This document shows positions 10,162-20,000 of a stretch of 52,483 bases of DNA, piece after piece. The position numbers and the translations under genes are program-made. The DNA is taken from positions 1 to 52,483 of the IMG/VR virus record IMGVR_UViG_3300032233_000380. One strand, given 5' to 3'. The notes beneath the pieces are model-generated. The model was not told where the DNA came from, made no database searches, and saw nothing but the letters and a program-made list of their open reading frames with translations. Source of the stretch: a virus (lineage: Duplodnaviria > Caudoviricetes). How positions within the stretch are numbered: the stretch's first letter is position 1; the number at the start of each line of letters is the position of its first letter.

Positions 10162-12033
10162 ATGCCACTACAGAAACTACAATTTAAGCCAGGGGTCAAC
10201 CGAGATCAAACCAACTACACCAACGAAGGTGGCTGGTTTCAATGCGATAAAATCCGTTTCCGTTCTGGCTATCCTCAAAAAATAGGCGGTTGGTTACGTT
10301 ACGGCACATTTACCATTATTGGTATTTGCCGTCAAATGTTTAACTGGATTACTACCCAGAGCGATAACTTCCTTGCCATGGGGACTAGCAAAAAGGTCTA
10401 CCTAGAGGCTGGTACTGAGGTCTATGACATTACCCCCTTACAACATACTTCTACGACTTTGGGAGCTGCTGCTGGTCCGTTTACCGCTACGTCAGGATCT
10501 CCTACTCTTACAGTCTCATACTCTACCGATACGGCTTATAACCCAGAAGTAGGTAACTATGTGACATTTACGGGGGCTGCCACTCTAGGTGGAAACATTA
10601 CTGCTTTAGTCCTAAATGCCGAGTTTGGCTATGAGATTCTGACCGTTAATACTAGTGCAAAAACCTACACAATATCCGTTACAGCTACGGCAAACGGGTC
10701 AGACACAGGCAAAGGTGGGGCTACAGTTACAGCCGCATATGATATTGATATTGGTTATGACGTAGATACTTACGGCTACGGTTGGGGCGCTGGTGCTTGG
10801 AGTCGTTTGGGTTGGGGTTCTGGTGCAGTGACTCCTGTTGTTTTACAGCAAAGGGATTGGTTCTTCAATAACTTTGACAACGACTTAGTAATGAATATCC
10901 GTAACGGCCCAATCTATTACTGGGAGCGTTCCGCTGGGGTTACAGCTCGTGCAGCTTTACTATCCGCTACTACTATTAATGGCGTTGCACCAGCAGATGT
11001 ACCAACAGAAGCTACCGAGATTCTGGTATCTCAAAACGACAAGCACCTTATTTGCTTTGGTGCTACCCCATTTGGCGGTGGAGACTTTGACCCCCTATTA
11101 ATTCGTTGGGCTACCCAAGATCAGCCTAACGTCTGGACTCCGTTAGTCACAAATTCAGCAGGATTTATACGACTATCCCGTGGCTCAAAGATTGTTTGTG
11201 CCATAACAACCCGTCAGGAGATCCTAGTCTATACCGAGGGAACGCTTAATTCCTTCCAGTTTTTAGGCACTACAGACGTATTCGGTGTTCAAGAACTTGC
11301 TGATAACATTTCAATTCTTAGCCCAAGAGCCGTAGCTGTAGTTAATAACGTAGCCTACTGGATGGGGAAAGATAAGTTCTATGCGTATTCTGGACGAGTG
11401 GAAACACTTCCATCTACTTTAAGAAACCATGTCTTTACCAACCTCAATTTTGCTCAGGCGGATCAGATTATTTCTGGTACTAATGAAGGCTGGAATGAGG
11501 TTTGGTGGTTCTATCCTACCGCCAATAGTCAGGTTAACGATGCCTATGTGGTCTATAACCACCTAGAAAAGATCTGGTACTACGGCACAATTAACCGCAC
11601 TGCATGGCTTGATTCTCCTGTTAGGGAATACCCTCAAGCGGTTGGCGATAATAAGCTTTATAACCACGAGCTGGGTTCTAATGACGATACCCTGCCATTA
11701 CTTGCCAATATTGCCTCCTCAGACTTTGACCTTGTGGACGGGGATCAGTTCATCCTGACCAAACGGATCATCCCTGATATTAACTTTAGTGGCTCTACGG
11801 CTGCTACCCCAACCGCTACTATGTACATTAAGCCAAGAAACTTTCCTGGCAACGCTTATACCAACACAGAATCCCAAAACGTTATTGAGACCTCCGTAGA
11901 CGTATATACCGAGCAGATCTTCATGCGGGCTAGGGCTAGACAGATGGCTATTGAGATTGCTTCTACAGACTTAAATGTCCAGTGGCAGTTAGGTAGTCCT
12001 AGATTAGACGGTAGACCAGATGGGCGCAGATAA
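10162..12033 (+). CDS. Tail/head stabilisation protein (P22 gp10/nozzle-like)
   Basis: 623-aa beta-rich protein located before internal virion proteins; assignment by size, position and composition. Confidence 0.55.
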   Translation: MPLQKLQFKPGVNRDQTNYTNEGGWFQCDKIRFRSGYPQKIGGWLRYGTFTIIGICRQMFNWITTQSDNFLAMGTSKKVYLEAGTEVYDITPLQHTSTTLGAAAGPFTATSGSPTLTVSYSTDTAYNPEVGNYVTFTGAATLGGNITALVLNAEFGYEILTVNTSAKTYTISVTATANGSDTGKGGATVTAAYDIDIGYDVDTYGYGWGAGAWSRLGWGSGAVTPVVLQQRDWFFNNFDNDLVMNIRNGPIYYWERSAGVTARAALLSATTINGVAPADVPTEATEILVSQNDKHLICFGATPFGGGDFDPLLIRWATQDQPNVWTPLVTNSAGFIRLSRGSKIVCAITTRQEILVYTEGTLNSFQFLGTTDVFGVQELADNISILSPRAVAVVNNVAYWMGKDKFYAYSGRVETLPSTLRNHVFTNLNFAQADQIISGTNEGWNEVWWFYPTANSQVNDAYVVYNHLEKIWYYGTINRTAWLDSPVREYPQAVGDNKLYNHELGSNDDTLPLLANIASSDFDLVDGDQFILTKRIIPDINFSGSTAATPTATMYIKPRNFPGNAYTNTESQNVIETSVDVYTEQIFMRARARQMAIEIASTDLNVQWQLGSPRLDGRPDGRR

Positions 12034-12332
12034 TGGGAATGCAAAAGTTCCGTGCGCCAGCCCTACCGCTTGCGACACCAGAATACGATCAACAGCAGTT
12101 ATCCCAGCTTATTGGGGTTTTAAGGCTTTATTTTGGTCAGTTAGACTCAACCACCCCTTTACAAGTGGACGGAATCAGGCTATTAAATCTACCAACATCA
12201 GGGTACAATTTGCCAGACGGCACTGTATTTCAAGTTGGCGAAGACTTGCGGATTGTTGTACCTTATATTTCTTATCTATTTGGAGTATCAGCCACAGCTA
12301 GTGTGGGGACGGTAACGGTGACTATTGTATGA
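12033..12332 (+). CDS. Hypothetical virion protein (99 aa)
   Basis: TAATG coupling with previous gene; PxLP...EYD N-terminus. Confidence 0.6.
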   Translation: MGMQKFRAPALPLATPEYDQQQLSQLIGVLRLYFGQLDSTTPLQVDGIRLLNLPTSGYNLPDGTVFQVGEDLRIVVPYISYLFGVSATASVGTVTVTIV

Positions 12333-12354
12333 ACTTTAAACCTAAGAGGCTTGT

Positions 12355-14022
12355 ATGGCAGGCTTAAAAACACTCGCTAAAGAACTTCAGAGCAAAGGTC
12401 GCTATGGCGATACAGTCCTTGCCCATATTAATCCTCAAGAAGCAGGCATTCTAAAAGCCTTGGGTGGTTCAGGAACTATTAACCCAGATACGGGTTTACC
12501 CGAATACTTTATAAAGAAAATTACAAGACCTTTTGTAGATGCAGTTAAAACGGTTCAAAACATTCCTGGCATCAAACAAATATCGGATGTATCTACTCAA
12601 GCGTTTAAACCCATTGACCAAGCTTTGGTTGGGTTAGATAAAACCGTAGGTAAAGCAATTCCAGGTGGCTGGGAAACAGTTGGGCAAGTGGCTCTTTCAG
12701 CGATGGGCGCTCCAACGGCACTTCAAGTAGGGTACGGGGCAGCTAGAGGGGGCGGGATGTTACGACCAGGTTCTTCTCTTAAAAAAGCAAATCTCCAAGG
12801 GGCAATTATTGGTGGTGCAACCGCTTACGCTACAGCGGAATTAGGTGAATATATGCGGGGAGCTGCTCCTGGTTCTGAAACTGCATCAAAATCTCTTACT
12901 GACGCAGTGCAAGAAGCAGCAAAAGAACCAATAGGTTATACGCTAGATGCAAGTGGTGATTTAGTTCCCCAATTTGCAGAAAATGTATCTGGAGCATCAG
13001 TAGCTCCACCTCCTCCAGTACCTACACCAACGGTTAATTACCAACCCCCTCCCTTTGATCCAAATTACAATGAATTTGCTGGTCTTAGACAGCCAATTAC
13101 TAGCTCATTAGGTCGTGGTGAATTTGGAGAAGCTCTTAGTACTTTAGGTAAAGATATTAGTGGTGCGGCTGGCTCTGCATTTGACAAGGGAATAGCCAGC
13201 GTTCAAAACCTTGGTACTAACATTCAGGATTTTGGAAAAGCAGCTATCGATCCAGAAACATATACAGGTGCTTTAGATAGAGGCATGACTAATGCAGGAC
13301 AAACTTTTTCTGGTATTAAAAACCTTGTTACTGGACCAGCAACATTAAAAGGAACAACGGCTGCAACGGGTATAAATCCAGTAAATATGGCAGGTATGGC
13401 TCTTTATGGAGAAACAAGCCTTGCTGGTTTAGAGGAACAACGTAAGTTCTTAGAAGAATCCAAACGAGCAAACGCTATTAGCCAAGCCGAATATGACTCA
13501 GCTCTTGGTGAAATTAATCGTCAGCGTGACTATGCCGCTGATGTAGTTAGCAAAAACCCACTTACTATACCCGACATAGACGTTTCAGGATTAGGAACAT
13601 CTCGTTATAAGGGCAGTTCTAGTCTTCTTTATCCTACTTCATCAAAAACTTTATATGCTATGGGCGGTCAGGTAGACGATGAACTAGGTGGTGATTATTC
13701 TGCTATGGGCATGGATCAAGGTAATATGCAAAAGGGTTTATTTGGGATGGGATATGCTGAAGGCGGTACTCCTAGATTCCTATCGGGTGGCGGAGATGGA
13801 ATGAGCGATTCTATTAAAGCTACAATTAATGAAAAACAACCAGCTCGTTTAGCCGATGGAGAGTTTGTAATTCCTGCCGATGTAGTGTCGCACCTTGGTA
13901 ATGGTTCGTCCAAAGCTGGTGCAAAACAGTTATATGCCATGATGGATAGGGTTCGCTCTGCTCGTACAGGTCGCAAATCCCAAGGCAAACAAATCAACCC
14001 ACGCAAATACATGACTGCGTAA
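12355..14022 (+). CDS. Internal virion/DNA ejection protein
   Basis: N-terminal GRYGDTVLAHINPQEA...GGSGTINPDTGLPEY and C-terminal GDGMSDSI...ARLADGEFVIPADVVS motifs; Gly/Ala-rich. Confidence 0.6.
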   Translation: MAGLKTLAKELQSKGRYGDTVLAHINPQEAGILKALGGSGTINPDTGLPEYFIKKITRPFVDAVKTVQNIPGIKQISDVSTQAFKPIDQALVGLDKTVGKAIPGGWETVGQVALSAMGAPTALQVGYGAARGGGMLRPGSSLKKANLQGAIIGGATAYATAELGEYMRGAAPGSETASKSLTDAVQEAAKEPIGYTLDASGDLVPQFAENVSGASVAPPPPVPTPTVNYQPPPFDPNYNEFAGLRQPITSSLGRGEFGEALSTLGKDISGAAGSAFDKGIASVQNLGTNIQDFGKAAIDPETYTGALDRGMTNAGQTFSGIKNLVTGPATLKGTTAATGINPVNMAGMALYGETSLAGLEEQRKFLEESKRANAISQAEYDSALGEINRQRDYAADVVSKNPLTIPDIDVSGLGTSRYKGSSSLLYPTSSKTLYAMGGQVDDELGGDYSAMGMDQGNMQKGLFGMGYAEGGTPRFLSGGGDGMSDSIKATINEKQPARLADGEFVIPADVVSHLGNGSSKAGAKQLYAMMDRVRSARTGRKSQGKQINPRKYMTA

Positions 14023-14032
14023 AGGATAAATT

Positions 14033-14980
14033 ATGGCAACAACTACCTCGATACAAACAGCGCTAACAGACGTCCCAGAGGTCTTACGCCCTTATATTAC
14101 GGGTGCTGGTGGAGTACTTCCTACCGCACAGTCATTTTTTTCTACTCCGTATGCAGACAGATATAAAAATCCTTTAGAAAAAGCTGAGTTATATGGTTCT
14201 TCACGAGTTGCAGGAATGTCACCATTCCAAACAAAATTAGAAACAGGACTAACAGCTCTTAACACTGCTGGAACTCCTGCTCAATTTGGTGCTGGTACAA
14301 CTGCAACTGGATTAGGTTCTGGGGCTACCGCTTTAGGATTAGGTGCTTTGGGTTCAATGCTTGATCCAACTTTAACTAAAGACTATATGTCTCCTTACAC
14401 CCAAAACGTCATTGATGTTAACAAAGAAGAAGCTTTGCGTGACGCCCAAAAAGGATTATTGTCTGGCAATCTTGCCGCAGCTCGTCAGGGAACTTATGGT
14501 GGTGCAAGACAGTTATTAGCTCAAACCGAACAAGAACGTAACCTACAGACCAAGTTAGGCAATATCCAAGCTACTGGTATGCAAAACGCATTTGATGCAG
14601 CGCAAAAAGCTCAATTAGCTCAAGCTGCTGGTTATGGTCAGTTAGGTCAAACATATGGTCAATTAGGTCAGACTTATGGTGCGTTGGGTACGGCTCAACA
14701 AGCAGCAGACATTGATAGGCTGAAAACAATAGGAGCATTTGGTGATCTTGAGCGTGGTATTACTCAACAACAACTTGATGCTAAGTATCAAGATTTAATG
14801 TCGCAGATTAATTTCCCATTAACTGGTGCTGAGACTATGAGTAACTTAGCCCGTGGTGTACCATTAACACAGACTGCAACCTCTGGTTCCCAGACTACGC
14901 CTCCACCTAGTTTTGCAAGCCAATTGGCTGGTATGGGTTTAACAGGATTATCTCTCTACAATATGTTTGGAAACAAATAA
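14033..14980 (+). CDS. Internal virion/DNA transfer (pilot-like) protein
   Basis: AAGGA RBS; Gln/Gly/Ala-rich, GQLGQTY repeats, hydrophobic C-terminal GMGLTGLSL. Confidence 0.6.
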   Translation: MATTTSIQTALTDVPEVLRPYITGAGGVLPTAQSFFSTPYADRYKNPLEKAELYGSSRVAGMSPFQTKLETGLTALNTAGTPAQFGAGTTATGLGSGATALGLGALGSMLDPTLTKDYMSPYTQNVIDVNKEEALRDAQKGLLSGNLAAARQGTYGGARQLLAQTEQERNLQTKLGNIQATGMQNAFDAAQKAQLAQAAGYGQLGQTYGQLGQTYGALGTAQQAADIDRLKTIGAFGDLERGITQQQLDAKYQDLMSQINFPLTGAETMSNLARGVPLTQTATSGSQTTPPPSFASQLAGMGLTGLSLYNMFGNK

Positions 14981-17010
14981 TGAGCATATTAAACGCAATT
15001 AAAGAAGTAAAGCGAGATAACAATAATCTCCAAGATATGGCATTGCTGCCACAAGCTTTAATTATGCAGATGGCTCAGCGTGGCGAGATTCAAAAAGAAT
15101 TAGTGCCTTTAATCATTAGCAAAAAAGCCGAGATGATTGAAGCCGTTGCTAGACAAAAAGCCTTAATGCAAGGCGGGGCGCAACAACCAAGCGTTATGGA
15201 ACAGAAGATGATGGAGATTGCTCAGGCTGAAAACCCTGCTCCAGAACCACAAATGATGCCTCAACCAATGGCGCAGATGCCAGCACAATTACCTGAAGAT
15301 GTAGGTATTGCTCAAAACCCTGTACCTCCTATGCAGATGGCTGGTGGGGGCATTATTGCCTTTGCCCCAGGTGGTGATGTTGACGAGGACGATGACGAAG
15401 ACGAATCATACGAAGACTACTTAGACGAACTTCAGCGCGCTAAGATAGAAAACATGATTCTTAATACTTATCAGGATACTGATGCAGATAGTAGTGGAAT
15501 TGCTTATGCCATGCCATCCATGCCGCAAAGTGCAGCTGCAGGTATTAAAGCTATTACTAAAGAAGAAAAAGGACCAGATGATTTAGTAAAACGTTTACAA
15601 GCCCAGATCATGGCTAAAGAGAGTGGTGGACGGCGCTATGATAAGGAAGGTAATTTACTTACGTCATCTAAAGGTGCATTAGGCGAAATGCAAGTCATGC
15701 CATATACTTCTAGAGATCCAGGCTTTGGCATTAAACCAGCTAGAGATAATAGTCCTGACGAACTACGGCGCGTAGGCGATGAATATGCAGCGGCTATGTA
15801 TAACCGTTATAAAGACCCTAAATTGGCTATGATTGCCTACAACATGGGACCTGGTGCTACTGATAAATGGTTAGCCGCTGGTGCTGATCCACGCAAATTA
15901 CCAAAAGAAACCCAAGGTTATATCCGTGGCGTTAGCTTAGCTGAAGGTGGAAAAGTTAAACGGTATCAGACTGGCGGGTACCGCCCCTTGTCTGCTGAAG
16001 CGGCAAATTTTTTACAACAACAAAAAGATAGAGCTACCCCAACAAAATCTACACAATCTGCTGCAGCAAATAAACTATTAAGACCATCAATGATAGGGTC
16101 AGATGCTAACGTATACCCTGGAATGTCCGACTTAAATTATTACAATGAGTTGGCTGCTGAGCTTGAAAAAGACCCTACATACGAGCCTTACAAGCAAGAA
16201 ATGGAAAAGTTACTAAAACGTAACCCTACTCTTCTAACTGCTAGACAACCTGCTACTAACATTATTGGTCCGCTAGCTAACGTCCAAAGAAAAACGGATA
16301 ATAGCGCCGCACCTGCTGTTAGAGCAAATGTACCCCCGCCAGCAAATTATGTACCTGACGAAGCTGGTAGTCCGTATATAAACGGTATGCCGCCAATTGT
16401 TACTGGCACAGCTCCTGCTAAAGATGCCCCTGCTGAAACCCCTATGTCTGCGACGGATAAACTATTTGCCCAAATGCAAGATGCTTTTACTAAGCGTGAA
16501 GCACGTTTAGAAGCTGCTCGTAAACAAGATCCATGGTTAGCTGGTTTAGCCGCAGGTCTGGGTATGATGGGTGGTACTTCTCCATATGCTTTAACTAATA
16601 TTGGACAAGGTGGAGCGCAAGGTGTAGCACAATATGCCACAACGCAAAAACTACGTGCAGCAGAAGAAGCAGGTCTTGGTAGCTTACAAAACAAAATGTA
16701 TAGCTCTGCTATGTTGGGTGAGTTACGCCGTGACCAAATGGAACAGGCTAAAGCAGGAAAAGAAGCTAAGATGTCCCAAGATTTGCAAATTGCTAAAAAC
16801 GCATTTATAGAAAAGCGTCTAAAGTCTTTGCCGATGGATGAGCAAATGTTAAAAAATTACAGACTTAAAGAATTAGACGGAAAACTTACACCGCAAGAAC
16901 GTAGAAGATTAGAGTTTTACGAAAATGAAAGACGAAACATTGAACTTGAAGCTAATAGGATGTATGCTTCACCAGGCGCAGGGATGAAAATTGTTGGTGT
17001 AAGAGGGTAA
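14980..17010 (+). CDS. Internal virion protein with soluble lytic transglycosylase (SLT) domain
   Basis: SLT motifs KESGG, GALGEMQVMP, AYNMGPG, ETQGY at about 15600-15930. Confidence 0.8.
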   Translation: MSILNAIKEVKRDNNNLQDMALLPQALIMQMAQRGEIQKELVPLIISKKAEMIEAVARQKALMQGGAQQPSVMEQKMMEIAQAENPAPEPQMMPQPMAQMPAQLPEDVGIAQNPVPPMQMAGGGIIAFAPGGDVDEDDDEDESYEDYLDELQRAKIENMILNTYQDTDADSSGIAYAMPSMPQSAAAGIKAITKEEKGPDDLVKRLQAQIMAKESGGRRYDKEGNLLTSSKGALGEMQVMPYTSRDPGFGIKPARDNSPDELRRVGDEYAAAMYNRYKDPKLAMIAYNMGPGATDKWLAAGADPRKLPKETQGYIRGVSLAEGGKVKRYQTGGYRPLSAEAANFLQQQKDRATPTKSTQSAAANKLLRPSMIGSDANVYPGMSDLNYYNELAAELEKDPTYEPYKQEMEKLLKRNPTLLTARQPATNIIGPLANVQRKTDNSAAPAVRANVPPPANYVPDEAGSPYINGMPPIVTGTAPAKDAPAETPMSATDKLFAQMQDAFTKREARLEAARKQDPWLAGLAAGLGMMGGTSPYALTNIGQGGAQGVAQYATTQKLRAAEEAGLGSLQNKMYSSAMLGELRRDQMEQAKAGKEAKMSQDLQIAKNAFIEKRLKSLPMDEQMLKNYRLKELDGKLTPQERRRLEFYENERRNIELEANRMYASPGAGMKIVGVRG

Positions 17011-17016
17011 TAACCC

Positions 17017-20000
17017 ATGCCAATCTATAGTGTTGAGGCGCCTAACGGCAAAATCTATGACGTTGAAGCACCAGAGGGTACTTCAGAAAGAGCCATTTTT
17101 GCCTTTGCCCAACAAGCATATCTTAACGATGCGCCTAAAGAACCCACTCCTGAGTACAAACCTGAACCAGCAACTGGTATCAGTTCATTTATTCCCGCCG
17201 TTAAGCGTGGTGCGCTGGGTCTCCAGTCGCTTGTAGGGGACGTACTACCAGCTATGGCTGGGCGCGTTGGTGAGAAGCTAGGGGTACAGGGTGCAGGCGA
17301 ATACGCTACTAGGCAGATGCAGGAAGCTCAAGAAGCACAGCAATATATACAGCAAATGTATCCGTCAGCTGTACCTAGCTATACAGACATTAAGAGTGGT
17401 GGGGACTTCTTGACCTATGTGGTTGAGTCAGTCGGCGAGTTAATTCCGTCTATCCTACCATCTATCTTTACAGGCGGTGCCGCAGGTGTTGTTGGGCGTG
17501 GCGCAGTCGTAGCGGCTAAGCAAGCGGCAGAAAAAACGGCAGCAGCTGGGGCGGCTAAAGGACTAACCGAGAAAGAAATTAAAGACCTAGCTACTCAGGC
17601 TGGCGTAGATGCAGCTAAAAGAACGGCGCTTAAATACCAAGCGGTGGGCGCAGTGGGTGGCTCAGCTATACAGAACGTACCTGAGGTTTATCAAAATGTT
17701 GCTGAAGAAACAGGCAAAGAAGACCTTGGCGCTGCGCTTCTGTTTGGTGGCTTTAACTCCGTACTAGATGCAATCACCCCTATAGCGTTATTGCGCAAGG
17801 CTAAAGGTATTGGTCTTACCGAGAAAGAACTTATCGGTGCTTGGTACAAACGGGCAGGTAAGGGTGTATTAACAGGCTTTGCGACAGAAGGCGCAACGGA
17901 AGCAGTCCAAGAAATGTCGTCAGCTGCGGCTGAGAAGTTTGTAGACAACAATAAACAGTTCTTTACTGAGAAGAACTTTGAGCGATTCATTAACGCAGGA
18001 CTTAAAGGTGGTATTGGTGGCGGTGCAATTAGCGGAGTGGCTAATATTCCATTCGGGCAGAAACAAACTCCAGCACCTGTAACCCCTACAGAACCTAGCG
18101 CAGTTACACCAGAAGCAGAAGCAGTAGCACCAGCCGCGGCCCCCGCACAAGTAGATTTAACTGCTGATGAAATTATAGCTAAAGCAGAGGGCAAGACTAA
18201 AAAAGCCGAAGAAGAAACGTTTGACGTAAAAGGAGGTAAAAATGTTACTGACGGAACTGACACTACAGGAGGTGGAGTTAGCGCTAAATTACCTAGCGGA
18301 CCCGTTACAAGTGGAGCCGCCGCAGACGCTGCAGCATCTAAGCGATCTGGAATGGCTGACGCTGGAGGTATTACAGAGCAGGCTGGAGCTGGAGAAACAA
18401 AACAGCAGCCTACATTAGACCAAGCTGCAGTAGACCAAGCTGCAGTAGACCAAGCTGCAGTAGACCAAGCTGCAGTAGACCAAGCTGCAGTAGACCAAGC
18501 ACCTGCACCAAAACCTTTTATGGGTGAATCTGCATTTACTTCAGGAACAGAAAGAAGGTTTATCGAACCTAGAGTAACTGAAGAAGATTTATATCCTAAA
18601 GCTATTGCCGCACGGGAAGAACAAAAGTTAAAAGCAGCACAACCTACTGATGAAGAAGTTGTTAAAACTAAGCAATCTGTTAAGAACGTTAAAGAAGCAG
18701 CGACTGATGTAATTGCTGGTAAAACAGCTGATAGATACAATGCTTTAACTCCAGAAGAAAAGGCTATGGTAGATACCGCCGTAGCAAAATATAAATCTTT
18801 GCTGGAGTTTAAAGAAGCTAAGCCTATGCTTCAGCGTAAGAGTAAAGTAATTCCAGGCGTTATCTACACGCCAAAAGAATACAAAAAAATAGTTAAAGCA
18901 GAAAAAGCCGAAGCTAAAGAAGTCGCTGGTAAACCTCCTGTACCTAAGAAGATGTCTCTAATAGAAGAGAGAATGGCTGAGCTTAGGGCTATACCTTCTT
19001 ACGGTTCTGCTAACTTAGAAGCTATAGAGGGATTGCGTGGTGGCACTACGATTGGGCTTATGTCCAACCTAATGCACGGCGATTTGCGTGGTGCTTTGCA
19101 AGAAATAGCTGGTGATACTTCTGGTCAATTTACTAAACTAGATAAGATAGTAGCTAAACGCTTACTAGAGTCAGACACTTTACCTACTCTACGTGTGGTA
19201 ACAACTAGTGAACTTGGCGGCAAATTAGGGCAATACGATGCAGCTACAGATATAGCCTACATTAGTGAAGACGCTATGACTTCACATGTTGTACTGCACG
19301 AAACACTGCACGGATTCACCCTAGCTATTATCAAAGCGCACAAAGATGGTGTTAAGTTTAATCAGGGCGTTGCCAATCTTGAGAAGTTATACAACCACTT
19401 AAAAGAAACTTATCCAGAATTAAAAGACAAGTACGGCATGAAGAACCTTGCAGAGTTTGTCTCTGAGGCTATGTCTAATCCTGAATTCCAAGCGCAATTA
19501 AACGCCCTCCCATACGAGCGTGGCAATATTGTAATTAATGCTTTTGTTGAGTTTGTTAAAGACATCTTAAATTTACTTGGTATTGCTCCAGGTAAAGACT
19601 TCACAGCCTTGGCTTACGCATTAGTGTCTACAGAAAGTATCTTGACTGAAGGTCGTACGTTAGAGGCTACAAACCCACCTCCAGCAACGGCAGCTCTTGC
19701 TCCTGTAGCAGAAGGCAAAGCACCAAAAGAAACTCTAAAGCCTGAATTGCGTGAGTTTAAATCAGCAGATGATTACATATCGTCTATATCTGGGCAGCCA
19801 GAACCAACATCTTCAAAGGTAAGAAAAGCTTTTACTAGTGTAGAAGGTGCTAAAGAGCTAGTAAGATTATTCCAGAATGAACGCTACCCTATTAAAAACT
19901 GGGAAGACTTATTATCTACAGCTAATAAAATGACTTATTCTGGTGATGATACAACTGCTGTATATACCCAGATTTCATTGTCTACTGGACGTGCCGAAGA

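Noticed and set aside
18416-18500. Possible CRISPR array
   Set aside because: Repeats are directly adjacent with no spacers and are in frame within a CDS
17691-18740. 349-aa antisense ORF and other shadow ORFs opposite long genes
   Set aside because: Mirror frames of Ala/Gly/Thr-rich coding strands, with no RBS or recognisable motifs
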